Shown here: one piece after another, positions 33,387-42,840 of the stretch
How the letters are laid out: the number at the start of each line of letters is the position of its first letter
Numbering within the stretch: position 1 is the first letter of the stretch
Source: a virus
Lineage: Duplodnaviria; Caudoviricetes
DNA: 64,000 nt
Reading direction: 5' to 3' (one strand)
Virus record (IMG/VR): IMGVR_UViG_3300023174_000144
Span: 10,472 to 74,471 of that record
Translations under genes and position numbers: made by a program
Notes under the pieces: generated by a model
Database searches by the model: none
What the model was told of the DNA's origin: nothing
What the model saw: only the letters and a program-made list of their open reading frames with translations

Positions 33387-34397
33387 ATGATCGAAAACAA
33401 TTTAAAGATATTATTTTCTGAAATTATAAAAGGATATTCTAAAAAGAATATCGAAGGTTTCGGGACTTTATTCTTTAAGCACGTTAATAATCAAGATTCT
33501 GCTGAGATAGATATATATAATGAGCAATTCTTCATTAAAGCTAAAAATATGGGTTTGCCTACTGAAAAAGACCAAGAAGAATATTTAATAAAAGAAGGTC
33601 TATGGGAAGTCAAAAAAGATAAAAGAATCAAAGAATTAGAAAATTTTTTAATCAATTTAAAAACAACAAAAAGCAAGCTATTTCTTAAAGCTCAAATTGA
33701 TCAAATTAATAATGAAATTGAGAAAAACGAATTAGAATTAAAGACTTTAAAATTCGAAAAGAAAGATCTCATAGGATTTACATCAGAAGATTATACATTT
33801 AAAAAGCTTAATGAATATTATATGTATGTATCTTTATTTAAGGATGAATCTTTAAAAGAAAAATTCTTTAAAGAATCAGATTACGAAGACCTTGATAATA
33901 AAGAAATAATGCTATTAATTAAGAGCTATAATGAAGTAAATGGAAGATTTAATGATAGAAATTTAAAAAAGATTAGCCTTGCTGGATATTTCTCTAATTT
34001 ATTTTACTTGAGTAAAGATGATCCTTACATTTTCTATGGAAAACCTCTTGTAGAATTAAGTTTTTATCAAATTGAGCTATTTAGTTATGGTAAATACTTT
34101 AAAAATATATTAAGTAATGCTAAAACTAGACCACCAGATTATTTAATGACTGATCCAGAAAAGCTTATTGAATGGTACGAAGGTTCTAAAAATGTTGAAG
34201 AAGTGCTTAATAAGAATAGCAAAGTGGCTCAAAAGGATAATGTAGCCACATCTATAATAGGTGCTACATCAGAAGATATTAATAGATTAGGCATTAAAAA
34301 TGATAATGAAACAGTAGCAATTGATCTTAATAAGGAAGCAGCTAAAAAGGGTGGCAAATTAGATATGCAAGATCTTATTAAATTGCATGGATTATAA
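33387..34397 (+). CDS. tail assembly chaperone (T-like)
   Basis: Directly upstream of the tape measure; same frame as the upstream gene after TGA TGA. Confidence 0.55.
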   Translation: MIENNLKILFSEIIKGYSKKNIEGFGTLFFKHVNNQDSAEIDIYNEQFFIKAKNMGLPTEKDQEEYLIKEGLWEVKKDKRIKELENFLINLKTTKSKLFLKAQIDQINNEIEKNELELKTLKFEKKDLIGFTSEDYTFKKLNEYYMYVSLFKDESLKEKFFKESDYEDLDNKEIMLLIKSYNEVNGRFNDRNLKKISLAGYFSNLFYLSKDDPYIFYGKPLVELSFYQIELFSYGKYFKNILSNAKTRPPDYLMTDPEKLIEWYEGSKNVEEVLNKNSKVAQKDNVATSIIGATSEDINRLGIKNDNETVAIDLNKEAAKKGGKLDMQDLIKLHGL

Positions 34398-34470
34398 GAG
34401 AAAATATATTATATATACTAGCTGAATATTTTTCCAATAAATGTGTAATTTATGATAGGAAAAAGGCATT

Positions 34471-37400
34471 ATGGCTGGAAATATAGGAGATCTACAAGTC
34501 AATTTATCGGCAAATACATCCCCAATGGAAAGGGATGTATCGGCCGCTTTAAAGCGATTAGAGAGTAAAGGGTTTAATTTTGGTGCTGGAATTAATGCTA
34601 AAGCATTTACTCAGCCATTAGGTAGAATTACTGGGGCAGCAAATGAGTTCCAAAAATCACTAGACGCTTCTAATGCTCGTGTTATTGCATTCGGTGCTTC
34701 AGCAGGAGCAATATATAGTATACAAAAAGCTTTTACATCTTTAATTAGTAGCACAATAGAAGTTCAAAAATCACTAACAGATATTAATGTTATTTTAGGA
34801 GCTAGTCAAAAAACTCTTGGACAATTTGGTGATTCATTATTTAAAATCGCGAAAGATAGTGGTCAAGCATTCTCAACTGTTGCTACTGCAGCTGGAGAAT
34901 TAGCTCGTCAAGGTTTAAGCGTTGAGCAAACTTTAAAAAGAACTAGTGATGCATTAGTTCTCGCTCGTCTTTCTGGTTTAGATGCAGCATCAAGTGTAGA
35001 AGCTCTTACTGCATCAATTAATTCATTTAATACTTCAGCCTTAGATTCAACGCAAATTGTTAATAAGTTAGCGGCTGTTGATTCTGCTTTTGCAGTTAGT
35101 AGTGGAGATCTTGCAGAAGCTCTTAAACGAGTTGGTAGTTCTGCTCAAGATGTTGGAGTTAGTTTTGATGAACTACTTGCAATTGTTGCTAGCGTTAATC
35201 AAACTACTGCACGAGGTGGAGCTGTAATTGGTAACTCATTAAAAACTATTTTCACAAGAGTTCAAAGAACAGAAGTATTAGATCAATTAGAGTCTCTTGG
35301 AGTTGCTGTTAGAGATCTCAATGGAAATACTGCACCTGCAATTCAAGTATTAACTGGTTTAGCAAGTAAATTTGATGAATTGGGCGCAGCTCAAAAATCT
35401 CAAGTAGCAGAATTAGTTGGTGGTGTTTTCCAGATTAATATTTTGAAAGCTGCTTTAGGAGATTTAAGTAAGCAATATTCTGTATATGGCAACGCACTAA
35501 AGATTTCTCAAGGAGCAACGGATGAAGCTACTCGAAGAAATGAAGAATTAAATAAAACCTTATCTGCTCTTTTAAATAGAACTGTAGCAAATTTAACAAA
35601 AGTTGGAAGTGATATTGGAAGTTTAAGTTTTGCTCCAGCAATAGAAAAAGTTTTAGGTGGAATTAATACTGCTTTAGAAGCTTTTGATGTTAAAGGAGAT
35701 TCAATTGGTGGCAAAATTGGAAAAGGAATTTTTGAAGGAATTGGCTCTTTTGTATCTGGACCAGGACTTGCGATTTTAATTGGAGTTTTTCTAAAAATAT
35801 TTGGTAATCTTGCTAAATTTACAACAGAAGCAGTTAGAACAGTATTAGGATTAAATAAAGAAGCTCAAGCTCAAGCTCAAATTCAAGAACGTATCAACAG
35901 TATTCTTTCTCAAAATCCTCAATTAATTCAAAATATTTTAAACAAACAAGTTTCACTTTTGCAAGTTGAAAAAGATATATTAACTGTAATTCAAGCTCAA
36001 TCTCAAGCTCGAGCACAATCTACAGCTATTGCTGCAAGTTTAACAAGAGGCTTAATTGGCAGAGGAGTCACTTCTGAAAAAGGAGTTATTACAGCTAAAA
36101 CAAAAAGCCAAGGATTTATTCCTAATTTTAACGCTAACAAAGAAATGATGGGTGCAATTTCTGGTGGATATATGCCAGGTCAAGTTCGCTCTATGAATAT
36201 TCCAAATTATGGAAGAGTAACTTATAATGATGCAGAAACTGTAAAACAATTTTCTGGATTATCTCAACCTGGAATTATGCCACCAGCTAATAGCGATGCA
36301 GGAAAAGCTTATAAAGAAAAATTTCAAAATAAATATGGTATTAATCCGTATGCTAGTAGTGGATTCGTTCCTAATTTTGCAGCAGGAATTCGTCCAGAAG
36401 TACAACAAAGAATAGATAAAGCTATCGCAAGTGGGAAATTAACAACATTAACACCAAATAAGACAGGAGTTCTTAGTAATATAAGCCCAGAAGAATCAGC
36501 AGCTCTTGAAAGAGCTAAAAAAACGATCTTAGCTACCAGATCTACTAATAATCCAACTAAAATAACTAAACCTTTTGATGCAACAAGTTTAGGAGTTTTA
36601 TCTTTAAGAGGCAAAAGCGGTGATCTATCTACCTCTACTTCGTTAGCTACATTACCAATGTTTTCTGACGCAGTTAAAGCGGACCCATCTATAGGTTTAA
36701 ATACGGTTCAATTTAATGGCGTGCAAGTTAGATCTTTGGACGCTTTAGGTAAGCAAAAACCCAACGAGTTTATTCAATTATTAACACAACAACTTTTACC
36801 ACCTTTAGCTAATGTGGCAACACAGTTTATAGGTAGTGCATTAGGAAATCAAGGAGATGGAGTGAATGAAGTACTTGGAAAATTAAAAAATGGCAAAACC
36901 TTTTTACCTCCAGGAACTATCGGAGATCTTTTTGAAACAGTAGTAAAAATTGCTACAAAAAATCCAACAAAATTTTTACAATCTGTAGAGGACGATTTTA
37001 GAAGACCTTTTGATTTTGAAGAATCTGGTGCAGCAAGTGGACAATTTAAGTCAAGATTTGGATTTGAATCCAGCTTAATCAAAGCTGATGCAAAATTAAC
37101 CTCTGATGCTGGAGCGATTAGATCAATAATTAAAAAAGCTTATAATTCTAATCTCGATGGTCTCCCATTTAAAGAATTATTAAATGCTAAAATTCCAAAA
37201 ACTTCTTCTAAGAAAAACAAATCTCAAGGTTTCATTCCTAACTTTTCTCCAATAGATAGAGCTTTAAGTACCGAAGGAAAAATGGGAGGAAAAGGAGTAT
37301 TAGATTTTCAACAAGGTGTTGGTCTTTACGTTAGAGATGGTAAAACTCAACCAAACTTTGCAGCAGTAATGAGAGATCATCCAGAAGGAATAGGTAATGC

Positions 37401-40400
37401 AGTTCAAAATTCCAAAAAGATGCAAAGCATGATGTCTGCAGGATTTATACCTAATTTTGCTGGCTTTGATCCTATGAGTTTATTTTATATTATGCAGAGT
37501 ATCGGTGGGTCTGGCAGAGCAGCAGGAGCAGAGTTGGAATTAGAAAAAAGTAAATTAGATGCAATTTTAAAAGATAGAATAGCCGCACAACAATTGCTCA
37601 AAGTAGAAGAAGCAAAAGAAATTAAAGACCAAGCACAGATTAATTATCTTAAAAATGAACAACAACAATTATTGTCTCAAGAAAATGCACAAAGAGCCAC
37701 TATGAATAGTCAGATGGGAGTTTTCGCAAGAGATAAAGGAGGAAAAATATCTGGTGGTTTTGGAGGAGCATTAGGAAGATTTGGATCAAGATATGGAGCA
37801 GGACTTGCATTAGCTGCACCATTATTAGCAGATACAGCTGCTCAATTTATTGGAGATGAAAATACTCGTGGTGGAAGAGCTCTTAAATCTGGAATATCTG
37901 GACTTGGCACAACAGCTTCTTATGCTGGATTAGGATTTCAAGTTGGTGGAGGTTATGGCGCAGCGATTGGAGGTGGTGCTGGTTTAGCAATCGGAATTTA
38001 CGATGTATTTAAAAAATTAAATGATATCATGCCAGATGTTGCAAGAAGATTAGAAACTGCAACAGAAAAATTTAATAATATTTCAGCTGCAACTCAGACT
38101 ATGTCTGTTTCATTGGAGACTTTAAGTTCAATAGAGGGCAGAGCAGATTTAAGTGCTCAAACAAGAGTTCAATTAAGAACCAAAGCAGAAGAAGACTTTG
38201 CTAAAAGTATAGCTCAATTAAACCAAGTATTACCAGGAGCAGGTAAACAGATCACAGATCTTTATGCAAGAATAGGAGATACCGCAGAGTTGAGACAAAA
38301 AATTACACAATTACAAACAGAAGCTCAAAAAGAATCAAAAGGTCTCGCTGCATCTGCGAATTTATATACTAATAATCAAAAAATGAATGATCTTGTTGAT
38401 CCAAAACTGTATCAACAAGGAGCTCTTGGAGCTGGAAAAATGTTACTCCAAAACATGCTACCTGGAAATATAGGAGTCGCTGCTAGCCTTGGTGTGGATT
38501 TGGTCAGTAAAGACTACATCAAAGGAGAAAATAAAAAAGGATTACAGGGTGCCGAAAAAATACAATATGATGAACAAATAAAAAATGGAGCATATCAATT
38601 AGATCAACTTTTTGCTAATTTTGGTAAAAACGGACCTCTAAGTTCTGAAGAAATAGGGAAACTTCAAGCTGAATTAAAAAATGCAAAAGGACTAGATGGA
38701 ATTAAAAAAGTAGTAGAAGCGTATACTGCAAATGGAACATATGCGACAGTCGTTGCAGAAAATTTAAATGCTTTAACTAAATCTGGATTTGCAGATCGTC
38801 TCATCCAAGCTTTCCGTGATCTTAAACTAGAAGCTGAAAGAATTCAAAAGGCTATAGCTGACGAGAATCAAAAACTTATCGGAGGACAAAGAAAGATTGC
38901 AGATCTCGAAAGTTATGGTAGAGCTTTTGGAGGCCAAACTCCAATTAGTGCTCAAGCTTTAGGTAGAATAGATTATAGTTCTCTTGGAGAACAGGCTAAT
39001 ATAGCCAGAGGTCAAGCTTTTGGAGACAGTGCTAAAAGTCAATTCTCACAATTAATGCAAGAAGTTGGATATAGCGCAGAAAATGTTCAAAAATTTAGTC
39101 AATACAATCAAGAAGCCGCAAATATACAAAAAGATCTAATCAACAAAACGATAACATTATCACAAGCCACAGAAAGATTAAAGAATTTATTTAGCGAAGT
39201 TCAATTTGAGAAAAATGCTCCATTTATGTTTTCTGGAGAAAAAGCAGCTGCACAGCAAAGCATATTAGAAGGAAAATTAAGGCAAGGAAAAATTCAAGAA
39301 GGTCTTCGACCTGCAGATTCTTTCTTTAGTAATCTTGGAGACAATGCTGCAACAACAGCAGATAAAATTAATAAATCTTTTGCTAATCTTGCATCTAATT
39401 TACAAACTGGATTTGAAGATGCATTTGGTGCATTTATTGATGGAACAAAAACTGCAGATCAAGCTTTTCAAGATATGTTATTAAGCATATCTCAGCAAAT
39501 TATTAAAGAACAATTTAGTATTGGAATGAGAAGCTTGCTTGGTGGTTTAACTGGTGGCGGTGGATTTGGTGGAACATCAGATAATAGTGGCGGATTACTT
39601 GGAGGCGTATTTAATAGTATATTTGGTGGTGGCAAAGCTCAAGGAGGAATTATTCGTAAATATAGTTCTGGTGGGCATGTGCAAGGAGGAAGCGGAACAA
39701 AAGATGATGTTCCTGCAATGCTAACAGATGGCGAATATGTTTTAAGAAAAAGTGCTGTTAATAAATATGGCAAAGGCATGTTAGATATGTTAAATAGCGG
39801 AGGGATGGTCAGAGGTTATGCTAGTGGCGGAAGTATATCTATGGGTCTTGCAAATACTTTTGATATTTTTGATCCTCAAGGAAATCTTGTGCAAAATCCT
39901 ATTGGTCCATATGCTCTTGAAAGAACTATATCTAGTCCAGAACAATTAAAAAATATTCCAGAATACACAGGCAAATATAATATATCTAATTTATTAAGTA
40001 GTTATGGAATGACCAGAGAAGATAATCCAATGAATGATTTGAGATCTGAAAATGCAAGAACATTTCAAGGATATCAACAAAATGTATCTAGTTTTAAAAC
40101 TAGCTATAATGAAGCTATGCGTCAAGTAGAAGAGCAAAGAAAACAAGCTCAACAACAAGCAGATGAAATAAATTCTCAAGCTATGGCTCAATACAATCGA
40201 AGTCTCACAAATACTTTTATTGGTGGATTAGCTAGTGCAGGATTGAGCGCATTTGGAGCTATATCATCTTTACCCAAGGCTCCTTTTGGAACAGGTTTAC
40301 AAAAATTGTTTGGAGGAGCAGCTTCTGGAGGATCTTCTGGAGGAAGCGGTGGAACATATTCTTTAAATGGATCAGGTGGTATGATTGCTGATTTCTTAGG

Positions 40401-42840
40401 AAAAATTGGAGGTACTGCACTTGGGGGCTTTGGTGGAGGTGGAGGTAGTAGTTTTCAGCCTGGAGAACAATTTAATGATCCAAGATATCAAGAACAAATA
40501 TCAAAACAAATTGAAAGCGCAATACAAAAACAAACATTCGATAGAGCTGCTATGGGAATTACCAGTCCATATCAATCGTATGGGGGCATGGGAGGATATG
40601 GCGGTTTTGATGGAAGTCAAATTCCATATTATGGGGCTGGATCAGGAATAAATGTAGGATTAGGTGCGCCAGCTGGATTATCAACATTTACTCAAAATAA
40701 AAGCTATCTAGAGCAATATCTCACACGACCAGCTATGCTTGTACCACCAACAGGATTAGTTACAAAACCTAATTTAATGATTTCTGGATTAGAAGGTTAT
40801 GGCTATGGACAAGGAAGCACATATGGTGGATATGCAAAAGGCGGAATTGTTAAAGGATATGCTGATGGTGGAGAAGTTAACAAATTTGTTAAAACATATT
40901 ATCCATACGCAGTTCAAGCTGCTCAAAGATTAGGCACATCTCCAGAAGCTATATTAGCTCAACTTGCATTTGAAAGTAATTATGGAAAATCTGAATTGTC
41001 TCAAAAATCATTTAACTTAGGTGGTATTCAAGCTCAAAAAGGTTATCAAGGACAAACAATATCAATGCCAGCGAATGCAGACGAAAGAGCTAGAGGAGAT
41101 TTTGCTCCAAAATCATATAGAAGTTATAATAATACAGAAGAATTTTTTAATGACTATGTGGGATTTTTATCTAAAGATAGATATTCTAAAACAATTGGAG
41201 TTGCTGATCCTGCACAAAGAGCTCAACTTTTATATGAAGCAGAATATGCTGGAGAATATCCAGGATATTCAAAACAAATTGCAAGCGTTGCAGGAAAAAT
41301 AAAATCTTTTTTACCTAATAATATAGCTGGTACAAATAATTCTGTTATAGCTGGTGGTGGATTACCATCTAGTGATCTTGTTAAAAAACCTTTAAATGAA
41401 GCATTTTATGCAGGATATGATGAATACATGAAAAACATGCTTTTACCAAAAGCAACCGCTATAGCAGAAACAAATGCTGTTACAAATGCTGTTACAAATA
41501 GTCAAGCGAAAAGTGCTAATTCTCCTGTAGGAAATTTGCGTGGAACAACACAAAATTTAGCTCAAAAGGCTTATTCTATGATATTTGATCCATTAGGTAA
41601 AGGTAAAAATGCATTACCTAGTATTTTTAGAGATGCAAATGGTATACCTACCATTGGAGCTCAATCTAATGCAAAAGCCGTCGGTCAACAATCCGTGAGT
41701 CAACAATCCGTGAGTCAACAAACCTCTAGTCAACAATATCCATGGGAAAATCCAAATCAATATCCATGGGAAAATCCAAATGCACCATCGTATGATCCAT
41801 CGTTTCCAATCAAAATGTTTCTTGATAAAATGAAGTCTGAGTCTCCTAGCCTTTATCAAAGTGTTGGAAATTTATATGAGCAAGTTGGATTAGCAAGAAA
41901 AAATCCTCAAATTCCATCTTATTTAAATAGATACTCATCATTTTATGGTTCAGGAAAAGATTATTATAACCCAGGAGGAATGTCAGGTTTTAATAATTAC
42001 ATGAATTACTTAGGTCTTGGATCAGGAACTTCATTAAGTTCATTATCTTCATTCCAATTCCCAATGACTCCTACAACTTTAAGTCCATATGCATTTTCAA
42101 GTTCTCCTTTTGGTGGTGGAGCAATAAGCTATGGAGCAGGAATTGCTTCTGCGCCTTCTACATATTTTTCAGCAGGAAGCAGGTTAGGAGCTACTCCAAG
42201 CTGGGCTAGCCGAGCAACTGGAGGAATGATTTATGGTGGAACTTCAGTAAAAGATGATGTACCAGCTATGCTTATGGGTGGAGAATATGTTGTAAGAAAA
42301 GATGCTGTAGATCGTTTTGGGCAACCATTTTTCGATAGATTAAATAGAGGACAAGTTACTGGATTTGCAGAAGGCGGACCAGTTGGAACTAATTTGCCAT
42401 CTTTAACTCAAAATTTAGGGCAAAACAATGGTCAGAAACAAGATAGTCAAACTCAAATGACAGATGCTTTGACTAAATTATTAAAATCTTTAGAGCAATT
42501 AAACCGATCAGTAGAAGACCAAACAAAAGAAATTCAAGACCAAAATCAAACAAGTGATAATGGAAATACTACATCATCATCATCAGATGGAATAACCAAT
42601 AACATTAATATAAATGTTAGCGTTGGTCAAGATGGTCAAGAAGGCAAGTCTTCTACAGATTCTAATTCAGAAGATAATGGAAAAGGTGGAAATGATCAAG
42701 AAAAACTCAAAAAGACATTAGAAAAATCAAGAATGTTTGCAGAATTATTAAGACAACAAGTATTAAAAACTATAGTAGAAGAACAACGACCAGGAGGAGT
42801 ATTGTATCAAGGCAGTAAAGGTCGTGATATGGGAAGATAA
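34471..42840 (+). CDS. tape measure protein with GH73/FlgJ-like muramidase and other inserted domains
   Basis: N-terminal TP901-type TMP core. GH73-like AILAQLAFESNYGKS...FNLGGIQA...YRSY at ~40885-41290. GFxPNF x4 and KDDVPAML..GEYV x2. Confidence 0.9.
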   Translation: MAGNIGDLQVNLSANTSPMERDVSAALKRLESKGFNFGAGINAKAFTQPLGRITGAANEFQKSLDASNARVIAFGASAGAIYSIQKAFTSLISSTIEVQKSLTDINVILGASQKTLGQFGDSLFKIAKDSGQAFSTVATAAGELARQGLSVEQTLKRTSDALVLARLSGLDAASSVEALTASINSFNTSALDSTQIVNKLAAVDSAFAVSSGDLAEALKRVGSSAQDVGVSFDELLAIVASVNQTTARGGAVIGNSLKTIFTRVQRTEVLDQLESLGVAVRDLNGNTAPAIQVLTGLASKFDELGAAQKSQVAELVGGVFQINILKAALGDLSKQYSVYGNALKISQGATDEATRRNEELNKTLSALLNRTVANLTKVGSDIGSLSFAPAIEKVLGGINTALEAFDVKGDSIGGKIGKGIFEGIGSFVSGPGLAILIGVFLKIFGNLAKFTTEAVRTVLGLNKEAQAQAQIQERINSILSQNPQLIQNILNKQVSLLQVEKDILTVIQAQSQARAQSTAIAASLTRGLIGRGVTSEKGVITAKTKSQGFIPNFNANKEMMGAISGGYMPGQVRSMNIPNYGRVTYNDAETVKQFSGLSQPGIMPPANSDAGKAYKEKFQNKYGINPYASSGFVPNFAAGIRPEVQQRIDKAIASGKLTTLTPNKTGVLSNISPEESAALERAKKTILATRSTNNPTKITKPFDATSLGVLSLRGKSGDLSTSTSLATLPMFSDAVKADPSIGLNTVQFNGVQVRSLDALGKQKPNEFIQLLTQQLLPPLANVATQFIGSALGNQGDGVNEVLGKLKNGKTFLPPGTIGDLFETVVKIATKNPTKFLQSVEDDFRRPFDFEESGAASGQFKSRFGFESSLIKADAKLTSDAGAIRSIIKKAYNSNLDGLPFKELLNAKIPKTSSKKNKSQGFIPNFSPIDRALSTEGKMGGKGVLDFQQGVGLYVRDGKTQPNFAAVMRDHPEGIGNAVQNSKKMQSMMSAGFIPNFAGFDPMSLFYIMQSIGGSGRAAGAELELEKSKLDAILKDRIAAQQLLKVEEAKEIKDQAQINYLKNEQQQLLSQENAQRATMNSQMGVFARDKGGKISGGFGGALGRFGSRYGAGLALAAPLLADTAAQFIGDENTRGGRALKSGISGLGTTASYAGLGFQVGGGYGAAIGGGAGLAIGIYDVFKKLNDIMPDVARRLETATEKFNNISAATQTMSVSLETLSSIEGRADLSAQTRVQLRTKAEEDFAKSIAQLNQVLPGAGKQITDLYARIGDTAELRQKITQLQTEAQKESKGLAASANLYTNNQKMNDLVDPKLYQQGALGAGKMLLQNMLPGNIGVAASLGVDLVSKDYIKGENKKGLQGAEKIQYDEQIKNGAYQLDQLFANFGKNGPLSSEEIGKLQAELKNAKGLDGIKKVVEAYTANGTYATVVAENLNALTKSGFADRLIQAFRDLKLEAERIQKAIADENQKLIGGQRKIADLESYGRAFGGQTPISAQALGRIDYSSLGEQANIARGQAFGDSAKSQFSQLMQEVGYSAENVQKFSQYNQEAANIQKDLINKTITLSQATERLKNLFSEVQFEKNAPFMFSGEKAAAQQSILEGKLRQGKIQEGLRPADSFFSNLGDNAATTADKINKSFANLASNLQTGFEDAFGAFIDGTKTADQAFQDMLLSISQQIIKEQFSIGMRSLLGGLTGGGGFGGTSDNSGGLLGGVFNSIFGGGKAQGGIIRKYSSGGHVQGGSGTKDDVPAMLTDGEYVLRKSAVNKYGKGMLDMLNSGGMVRGYASGGSISMGLANTFDIFDPQGNLVQNPIGPYALERTISSPEQLKNIPEYTGKYNISNLLSSYGMTREDNPMNDLRSENARTFQGYQQNVSSFKTSYNEAMRQVEEQRKQAQQQADEINSQAMAQYNRSLTNTFIGGLASAGLSAFGAISSLPKAPFGTGLQKLFGGAASGGSSGGSGGTYSLNGSGGMIADFLGKIGGTALGGFGGGGGSSFQPGEQFNDPRYQEQISKQIESAIQKQTFDRAAMGITSPYQSYGGMGGYGGFDGSQIPYYGAGSGINVGLGAPAGLSTFTQNKSYLEQYLTRPAMLVPPTGLVTKPNLMISGLEGYGYGQGSTYGGYAKGGIVKGYADGGEVNKFVKTYYPYAVQAAQRLGTSPEAILAQLAFESNYGKSELSQKSFNLGGIQAQKGYQGQTISMPANADERARGDFAPKSYRSYNNTEEFFNDYVGFLSKDRYSKTIGVADPAQRAQLLYEAEYAGEYPGYSKQIASVAGKIKSFLPNNIAGTNNSVIAGGGLPSSDLVKKPLNEAFYAGYDEYMKNMLLPKATAIAETNAVTNAVTNSQAKSANSPVGNLRGTTQNLAQKAYSMIFDPLGKGKNALPSIFRDANGIPTIGAQSNAKAVGQQSVSQQSVSQQTSSQQYPWENPNQYPWENPNAPSYDPSFPIKMFLDKMKSESPSLYQSVGNLYEQVGLARKNPQIPSYLNRYSSFYGSGKDYYNPGGMSGFNNYMNYLGLGSGTSLSSLSSFQFPMTPTTLSPYAFSSSPFGGGAISYGAGIASAPSTYFSAGSRLGATPSWASRATGGMIYGGTSVKDDVPAMLMGGEYVVRKDAVDRFGQPFFDRLNRGQVTGFAEGGPVGTNLPSLTQNLGQNNGQKQDSQTQMTDALTKLLKSLEQLNRSVEDQTKEIQDQNQTSDNGNTTSSSSDGITNNININVSVGQDGQEGKSSTDSNSEDNGKGGNDQEKLKKTLEKSRMFAELLRQQVLKTIVEEQRPGGVLYQGSKGRDMGR

